DNA from: a virus
Lineage: Duplodnaviria; Caudoviricetes
Virus record (IMG/VR): IMGVR_UViG_3300047564_003057
Coordinates: 1-26,254 of that record
Direction: 5' to 3' (one strand)
DNA: 26,254 bases
Part shown: in pieces, positions 1-6,154 of the stretch
Position numbering within the stretch: the stretch's first letter is position 1
Layout: each line of letters begins with the position of its first letter
Translations under genes and position numbers: made by a program
The notes under the pieces: model-generated
The model's database searches: none
Seen by the model: the letters and a program-made list of their open reading frames with translations, nothing else
Told to the model about the DNA's origin: nothing

Positions 1-1016
1 GTACTCAAGGTATCCAGGGCACTCAAGGAACCCAAGGTATCCAGGGCACTCAAGGAACCCAAGGTATTCAGGGTATCCAGGGAACTCAAGGAACTCAAGG
101 TGTCCAGGGTATCCAGGGTATTCAGGGAACTCAAGGTATCCAGGGCACTCAAGGAACTCAAGGTGTCCAGGGAGTTCAAGGTATTCAGGGAACTCAAGGA
201 ACCCAAGGTGTTCAAGGTATCCAGGGCACTCAAGGAACCCAAGGTATTCAGGGCACTCAAGGAACCCAAGGTGTTCAGGGAGTTCAGGGAACCCAAGGAA
301 CTCAAGGTGTTCAGGGCACTCAAGGTGTTCAGGGAACTCAAGGAACCCAAGGTGTTCAAGGTATCCAGGGCACTCAAGGAACTCAAGGTGTTCAAGGTAT
401 CCAGGGAACTCAAGGAACCCAAGGTGTTCAAGGTATCCAGGGCACTCAAGGAACTCAAGGTGTTCAAGGTATCCAGGGAACTCAAGGAACTCAGGGTGTC
501 CAAGGAATCCAGGGTATCCAAGGAACTCAAGGTGTTCAAGGTATCCAGGGAACTCAAGGAACTCAGGGTGTCCAAGGAATCCAGGGTATCCAAGGAACTC
601 AAGGTGTTCAAGGAAGACAAGGAACTACAGGTACTCAAGGTATCCAGGGAACTCAGGGAACTCAGGGAGTTCAAGGTATTCAGGGAACTCAAGGAACCCA
701 AGGTGTTCAAGGTATCCAGGGCACTCAAGGAACTCAAGGTATTCAGGGCACTCAAGGAACTCAAGGTATTCAGGGCACTCAAGGAACTCAAGGTGTTCAA
801 GGAACTCAAGGTGTTCAGGGTACACAAGGAACTCAAGGTGTTCAAGGTATCCAGGGCACTCAAGGAACCCAAGGTGTTCAGGGAACCCAAGGTATTCAGG
901 GCACTCAAGGAACTCAAGGTGTTCAAGGTATCCAGGGCACTCAAGGAACCCAAGGTGTTCAGGGAACCCAAGGGGTCCAAGGAAGACAGGGAACTACAGG
1001 AACTCAAGGTGTTCAG
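1..1016 (+). repeat. Collagen-like block 1: at least 113 Gly-X-Y triplets (9-bp unit), almost all GTQ/GIQ/GVQ
   Basis: GGN-NNN-CAR 9-bp periodicity from the window start to GTK at 1017; the register is preserved. Confidence 0.95.
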
Positions 1017-4000
1017 GGAACCAAAGGTAATGATGGAAACTTCGGTGGAGCCACATTCGACTACACATTCAGTAATGACACTACAAATTCTGATCCTGGA
1101 GTTGGATTCTTAAAATTCAATAACCTGAATATAACTCTCGCATCATCACTTCATATAGATGATCAAGATGACAACAGCACTGATATCCAACCATTCCTAA
1201 GAACTATTGATGATTCCACATCAACAATTAAAGGACACTTCAGAATTTCAAATAGATTAGATGCTTCTGACTTTGCTCTGTTTACAATTTCTAGTGTAAT
1301 AGAAGAAACTGGATATTTCCATGTTAGCTGTTCTTATGTTTCAGGTAGTGCAACTGCATTTACTAATAATGAAGATGTAATCATTACCTTTGCTAGAACA
1401 GGAGATAAGGGTGATCAAGGAATTCAAGGAATTCAAGGAATTCAAGGTACTCAAGGTATCCAAGGAACTCAAGGAACTCAGGGCACTCAAGGTACTCAAG
1501 GAATCCAAGGTATTCAGGGTATTCAGGGTGAACAGGGAATCCAAGGTACACAAGGTAGACAAGGAACTACAGGTACACAAGGTGTCCAAGGAATCCAGGG
1601 CACTCAAGGAACCCAAGGTGTTCAAGGTATCCAGGGAACTCAAGGAACCCAAGGTATTCAGGGAACTCAAGGTGTTCAGGGCACTCAAGGAATCCAGGGC
1701 ACTCAAGGAACCCAAGGTGTTCAAGGTATCCAGGGAACTCAAGGAACTCAAGGTGTTCAAGGAAGACAAGGAACCACAGGAACTCAAGGAACCCAAGGTA
1801 TTCAGGGAACTCAAGGTGTTCAGGGCACTCAAGGAATCCAGGGTATCCAAGGAACCCAAGGAACCCAAGGTGTCCAGGGAGTTCAGGGAACCCAAGGAAC
1901 TCAAGGTGTTCAGGGCACTCAAGGTGTTCAGGGAACTCAAGGTATTCAGGGCACTCAAGGAACCCAAGGTGTTCAAGGTATCCAGGGAACTCAAGGAACT
2001 CAAGGTGTTCAAGGAAGACAAGGAACCACAGGAACTCAAGGAACCCAAGGTATTCAGGGAACTCAAGGTGTTCAGGGCACTCAAGGAACCCAAGGTGTCC
2101 AGGGTGTCCAGGGTGTCCAGGGCACTCAAGGAACTCAAGGTGTTCAAGGAATCCAGGGTATCCAAGGAACTCAAGGTGTTCAAGGAAGACAAGGAACCAC
2201 AGGAACTCAAGGGACCACAGGTTCTCAAGGAATCCAAGGTATTCAGGGCACTCAAGGAACCCAAGGTGTTCAAGGTATCCAGGGAACTCAAGGTATTCAA
2301 GGTATTACTGGTCCAGTAGCAGGATCCGCAAATCAAGTTGTTTATAAAGATGGTTCAAATAATCCAACTGGTTCTAATAACTTAACATTTAATGGAACTG
2401 CTCTCGGCATTGGAACAATTATTGATATTATTCCTTACGACAATTTAGAATCTCTCAGTTTTGAAGCATCTGCTGGACAGTTATTCTCTATTACAAATAA
2501 TTTGAGTTCTGGATCTATTTTTGCGGTCAATGATATTAGTGGAATTCCAAGTATTGATGTTGATGCGGATGGTACAGTTTTATTAGCACCATCAATTGGT
2601 AATATTGGTATAGGAGTAACAAATCCAACACAAAAACTTCATGTTTCAGGAAACTTAAGAGTTACTGGAGCAATTTATGATTCTAATAATGATGCTGGAA
2701 CAAATGGATTTGTTCTTAGGTCTACCGCAACAGGAACTGATTGGGTAGATCCAACAACAGTTTCTGGACTACAAGGTGTTCAAGGTATTCAAGGTAGACA
2801 AGGAACCACTGGAACTCAAGGTGTTCAAGGTATTCAGGGAACCACAGGAACTCAAGGAACTACAGGTTCTCAAGGTATTCAGGGTATTCAAGGAACCACA
2901 GGAACTCAAGGAACCACTGGAACTCAAGGAATCCAAGGAATCCAAGGTATTCAAGGTAGACAAGGAACCACTGGAACTCAAGGAACTACAGGTTCTCAAG
3001 GTATTCAGGGTATTCAAGGTATTCAGGGAACTCAAGGAACCATAGGTTCTCAAGGAACCACAGGTTCTCAAGGAATCCAGGGAATCCAAGGTATTCAAGG
3101 CAGACAAGGAACTACAGGAACTCAAGGAACCACAGGTTCTCAGGGAATCCAAGGAACCACAGGAACTCAAGGAACCACAGGTTCTCAAGGAATCCAAGGA
3201 ACCAAAGGTAATGATGGAAACTTTGGTGGAGCTACGTTTGATTATACATTCAATAATGACCTTACAAATTCCGATCCGGGAGTTGGATTCTTAAAATTCA
3301 GTAATTCAGATATAACTCTGGCGTCAGTACTCCATATAGATGATCAAGATGATAATGGAACTGATATCCAACCATTCCTAAGAACTATTGATGATTCCAC
3401 ATCAACAATTAAAGGACACTTCAGAATTTCAAATAGATTAGATGCTTCTGACTTTGCTCTGTTCACAATTTCGGGTATTACTGAGCAGACTGGATACTTT
3501 AACGTAAGTTGTGCTTATGTCTCAGGTAGTGCAACTGCATTTACTAATAATGAAGATGTAATTATTACCTTTGCTAGAACAGGAGATAAGGGTGATCAAG
3601 GAATCCAAGGAACCACAGGTTCTCAAGGTATTCAAGGAATCCAAGGAACCACAGGTACTCAGGGCATCCAGGGAATTCAAGGAAGACAAGGAACCACAGG
3701 TACTCAAGGAACAACAGGTACTCAGGGCATCCAGGGAATTCAAGGAACCACTGGAACTCAAGGGACCACTGGAACTCAAGGAACCACAGGTTCTCAAGGT
3801 GTTCAAGGAAGACAAGGAACCACTGGAACTCAAGGAACTACAGGTTCTCAGGGTATTCAGGGAACCACTGGAACTCAAGGAACCACAGGTTCTCAAGGTA
3901 TTCAGGGTATTCAGGGAACTCAGGGTGTTCAAGGTATTCAAGGTGTTCAAGGAAGACAAGGAACCACTGGAACTCAAGGAACTACAGGTTCTCAGGGTAT

Positions 4001-6137
4001 CCAGGGTATTCAAGGAACCACAGGAACTCAAGGAACCACAGGTTCTCAAGGTATTCAGGGAACCACAGGAACTCAAGGAACTACAGGTTCTCAGGGTATC
4101 CAGGGTATTCAAGGAACCACAGGAACTCAGGGTGTTCAAGGTGTTCAAGGAAGACAAGGAACCACTGGAACTCAAGGAACTACAGGTTCTCAAGGTATTC
4201 AAGGAACCACTGGAACTCAAGGAACGACAGGTTCTCAAGGTATTCAAGGAACCACTGGAACTCAAGGAACTACAGGTTCTCAAGGTATTCAAGGAATCCA
4301 AGGTATTCAAGGTAGACAAGGAACCACTGGAACTCAAGGAACTACAGGTTCTCAAGGTATTCAAGGTATTACTGGTCCAGTAGCAGGTTCGGCCAACCAA
4401 GTAGTTTATAAAGACTCATCTAATAATCCAACTGGTTCTAATAACTTAACATTTAATGGAACTGCTCTCAGTATTGGAACGATTATTGATATTGTTCCTT
4501 ATGATACTGTTAATTCAGGCACTCTTTCCTGGGAAGCATCTGCTGGACAGTTATTCTCTATCAGCAATAATCTCACATCTGGTTCTATTTTCTCTGTTAA
4601 TGATGTTTCCGGAATTCCAAGTATTGATGTTGATGCAAATGGAACAATTGAACTTGGACCTTATGGCGGAAACATTGGTGTGGGTGTAACAAATCCAACA
4701 CAAAAACTTCATGTTTCAGGAAACTTAAGAGTTACTGGAGCAATTTATGATTCTAATAATGATGCTGGAACAAATGGATTTGTTCTTAGGTCTACCGCAA
4801 CAGGAACTGATTGGGTAGATCCAACAACAGTTTCTGGACTACAAGGTGTTCAAGGTATTCAAGGTAGACAAGGAACCACAGGTACTCAGGGCATCCAAGG
4901 AACCATAGGTTCTCAAGGAACCACAGGTTCTCAAGGAATCCAGGGAATCCAAGGTATTCAAGGCAGACAAGGAACTACAGGAACTCAAGGAACCACAGGT
5001 TCTCAGGGAACCACAGGTACTCAAGGAACCACAGGAACTCAAGGAACTACAGGTTCTCAAGGTATTCAGGGTATTCAAGGAACCACAGGAACTCAAGGAA
5101 CCACTGGAACTCAAGGAATCCAAGGAATCCAAGGAATCCAAGGTATTCAAGGTAGACAAGGAACCACTGGAACTCAAGGAACTACAGGTTCTCAAGGTAT
5201 TCAAGGAACCACTGGAACTCAAGGAACTACAGGTTCTCAAGGTATTCAAGGAATCACAGGTATTCAAGGTCCTGGTGGATTAACAACAACTAATGCGGAC
5301 ACTCTCGACACCCTTGACAGTTCTCAGTTCTTAAGGTCTGATGCTGCCGACACTGCTTCAGGAAGAATTCAATTTACTGCTAATAATGATGTTTTAGAAA
5401 CTTCAACAGGTAGTTTAGGTAGTATAGAGATATATCAAGATACTGCTAGCGCAGATGCATTTATGGCATTCCACGTTGCTGGAGATTTCGCAGCATATTT
5501 TGGATTGAAAGGAGATATTAATGACTTTGCCGTTGGTGGTTGGTCAATGGGCAATGTTTACTATAAAGTATGGCACCAAGGGAACCAGGGATCTACTTCT
5601 GGCCTTGATGCTGACTTACTTGATGGACTCCATGAAACTACATTCTTCAGAAGAGCAGTTGATACTTGGAACACTTCGTCTGAGGGAATTGGTAGAATCT
5701 ATTTTGCATCCAGTGCTAGATCATATTATAAATCTCCTAATGGACATGAATTTAGAAGAAATGCTACTGATACTGCCACATTTACTATAGATGATAGTGG
5801 AAATTGTACTGCAGTTGGAAATGTAACTGCATACTCTGATATTTCACTGAAAAAAGATATTGAAGTTATCACTGATGCTATAGAAAAACTTGAAAAAATA
5901 AATGGAGTTACTTATGCCAGAAATGATATTGATACTGACAGAAGATATTGTGGAGTGATAGCACAAGAAGTTGAAAAAGTTCTTCCAGAAGTTATTGAGG
6001 AATCTGACGATGGTATAAAATCAGTTGCTTATGGCAATATGATTGGATTACTCATCCAAGCAATTAAAGAGCAACAAAGTCAGATAAATAGTCTCAATCA
6101 ACAAATTAATGAATTGAAAAAAGAAGAACATTCATGA
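1..6137 (+). CDS. Giant collagen-like tail fibre/appendage protein with C-terminal S74 intramolecular chaperone; 5' end lies outside the window
   Basis: The frame with codons starting at 3 reads (G)TQGIQGTQ... and is the same frame as ORF 2502..6137. I found no in-frame stop in 1-2501, including the non-repetitive parts 1020-1400 and 2310-2501, so TTG 2502 is internal. It has five Gly-X-Y blocks, GNIGIGVTNPTQKLHVSGN fibre motifs, NADTLD and LDADLLDG motifs, and a terminal SDISLKKDI...GVIAQEVEKVLPE...LLIQAIKEQ segment. Confidence 0.9.
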   Translation, partial: TQGIQGTQGTQGIQGTQGTQGIQGIQGTQGTQGVQGIQGIQGTQGIQGTQGTQGVQGVQGIQGTQGTQGVQGIQGTQGTQGIQGTQGTQGVQGVQGTQGTQGVQGTQGVQGTQGTQGVQGIQGTQGTQGVQGIQGTQGTQGVQGIQGTQGTQGVQGIQGTQGTQGVQGIQGIQGTQGVQGIQGTQGTQGVQGIQGIQGTQGVQGRQGTTGTQGIQGTQGTQGVQGIQGTQGTQGVQGIQGTQGTQGIQGTQGTQGIQGTQGTQGVQGTQGVQGTQGTQGVQGIQGTQGTQGVQGTQGIQGTQGTQGVQGIQGTQGTQGVQGTQGVQGRQGTTGTQGVQGTKGNDGNFGGATFDYTFSNDTTNSDPGVGFLKFNNLNITLASSLHIDDQDDNSTDIQPFLRTIDDSTSTIKGHFRISNRLDASDFALFTISSVIEETGYFHVSCSYVSGSATAFTNNEDVIITFARTGDKGDQGIQGIQGIQGTQGIQGTQGTQGTQGTQGIQGIQGIQGEQGIQGTQGRQGTTGTQGVQGIQGTQGTQGVQGIQGTQGTQGIQGTQGVQGTQGIQGTQGTQGVQGIQGTQGTQGVQGRQGTTGTQGTQGIQGTQGVQGTQGIQGIQGTQGTQGVQGVQGTQGTQGVQGTQGVQGTQGIQGTQGTQGVQGIQGTQGTQGVQGRQGTTGTQGTQGIQGTQGVQGTQGTQGVQGVQGVQGTQGTQGVQGIQGIQGTQGVQGRQGTTGTQGTTGSQGIQGIQGTQGTQGVQGIQGTQGIQGITGPVAGSANQVVYKDGSNNPTGSNNLTFNGTALGIGTIIDIIPYDNLESLSFEASAGQLFSITNNLSSGSIFAVNDISGIPSIDVDADGTVLLAPSIGNIGIGVTNPTQKLHVSGNLRVTGAIYDSNNDAGTNGFVLRSTATGTDWVDPTTVSGLQGVQGIQGRQGTTGTQGVQGIQGTTGTQGTTGSQGIQGIQGTTGTQGTTGTQGIQGIQGIQGRQGTTGTQGTTGSQGIQGIQGIQGTQGTIGSQGTTGSQGIQGIQGIQGRQGTTGTQGTTGSQGIQGTTGTQGTTGSQGIQGTKGNDGNFGGATFDYTFNNDLTNSDPGVGFLKFSNSDITLASVLHIDDQDDNGTDIQPFLRTIDDSTSTIKGHFRISNRLDASDFALFTISGITEQTGYFNVSCAYVSGSATAFTNNEDVIITFARTGDKGDQGIQGTTGSQGIQGIQGTTGTQGIQGIQGRQGTTGTQGTTGTQGIQGIQGTTGTQGTTGTQGTTGSQGVQGRQGTTGTQGTTGSQGIQGTTGTQGTTGSQGIQGIQGTQGVQGIQGVQGRQGTTGTQGTTGSQGIQGIQGTTGTQGTTGSQGIQGTTGTQGTTGSQGIQGIQGTTGTQGVQGVQGRQGTTGTQGTTGSQGIQGTTGTQGTTGSQGIQGTTGTQGTTGSQGIQGIQGIQGRQGTTGTQGTTGSQGIQGITGPVAGSANQVVYKDSSNNPTGSNNLTFNGTALSIGTIIDIVPYDTVNSGTLSWEASAGQLFSISNNLTSGSIFSVNDVSGIPSIDVDANGTIELGPYGGNIGVGVTNPTQKLHVSGNLRVTGAIYDSNNDAGTNGFVLRSTATGTDWVDPTTVSGLQGVQGIQGRQGTTGTQGIQGTIGSQGTTGSQGIQGIQGIQGRQGTTGTQGTTGSQGTTGTQGTTGTQGTTGSQGIQGIQGTTGTQGTTGTQGIQGIQGIQGIQGRQGTTGTQGTTGSQGIQGTTGTQGTTGSQGIQGITGIQGPGGLTTTNADTLDTLDSSQFLRSDAADTASGRIQFTANNDVLETSTGSLGSIEIYQDTASADAFMAFHVAGDFAAYFGLKGDINDFAVGGWSMGNVYYKVWHQGNQGSTSGLDADLLDGLHETTFFRRAVDTWNTSSEGIGRIYFASSARSYYKSPNGHEFRRNATDTATFTIDDSGNCTAVGNVTAYSDISLKKDIEVITDAIEKLEKINGVTYARNDIDTDRRYCGVIAQEVEKVLPEVIEESDDGIKSVAYGNMIGLLIQAIKEQQSQINSLNQQINELKKEEHS
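1017..1400 (+). repeat. Globular spacer domain A, copy 1 (about 125 aa)
   Basis: GNDGNFGGATFDYTF...DPGVGFLKF...IDDSTSTIKGHFRIS...EDVIITFART, repeated at 3198-3581 (offset 2181). Confidence 0.9.
1401..2309 (+). repeat. Collagen-like block 2: 101 triplets
   Basis: From GDK at 1401 to GPV at 2310 is 909 nt, i.e. 101 x 9. Confidence 0.92.
2310..2765 (+). repeat. Globular/beta spacer domain B, copy 1 (about 150 aa)
   Basis: GPVAGSANQVVYKD...GQLFSI...GIPSIDVDA...GNIGIGVTNPTQKLHVSGNLRVTG...WVDP, repeated at 4374-4835. Confidence 0.9.
2766..3197 (+). repeat. Collagen-like block 3: 48 triplets, rich in GTT/GTQ/GSQ/GIQ
   Basis: From GLQ at 2766 to GTK at 3198 is 432 nt. Confidence 0.92.
3198..3581 (+). 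repeat. Globular spacer domain A, copy 2
   Basis: Colinear with 1017-1400; 3360-3463 is identical to 1179-1282. Confidence 0.9.
3582..4373 (+). repeat. Collagen-like block 4: 88 triplets
   Basis: From GDK at 3582 to GPV at 4374 is 792 nt. Confidence 0.92.
4374..4835 (+). repeat. Spacer domain B, copy 2
   Basis: Colinear with 2310-2765 apart from a 6-nt indel; 4686-4879 is identical to 2616-2809. Confidence 0.9.
4836..5267 (+). repeat. Collagen-like block 5: 48 triplets
   Basis: From GLQ at 4836 to GPG at 5268 is 432 nt. Confidence 0.92.
5835..6134 (+). other. Peptidase S74-type intramolecular chaperone (auto-cleaved) domain of the fibre
   Basis: AY-SDISLKKDI (Ser/Lys dyad pattern SDxxLK), G-V-I-A-Q-E-V, and a terminal coiled coil LIQAIKEQQSQINSLNQQINELK. 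Confidence 0.88.
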
Positions 6138-6154
6138 TAAGTTAGAAACGACTT

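Noticed and set aside
2502-2504. TTG start given by the ORF track for the fibre
   Set aside because: It lies in the middle of domain B, and the frame is open back to base 1.
100-4383. Long + strand alternative-frame ORFs (100..1113, 1390..2319, 2776..3045, 3571..4383) with KELKVF repeats
   Set aside because: They are shadows of the 9-bp repeat, which lacks stops in that frame. Each ends shortly after non-repetitive sequence begins.
1017-4879. Diversity-generating retroelement (TR/VR pair) or invertible shufflon
   Set aside because: Differences between the copies are not adenine-specific, both copies are coding and in direct orientation, and no reverse transcriptase or recombinase is present in the window.
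625-5267. Antisense ORFs over the collagen blocks (LNTLSS/LEFLE repeats)
   Set aside because: They are reverse-complement shadows of the repeat with no independent coding signal.
1-5267. CRISPR array or non-coding satellite interpretation of the repeats
   Set aside because: There is no constant repeat with unique spacers. Variation falls at synonymous and X positions while Gly is kept every third codon.
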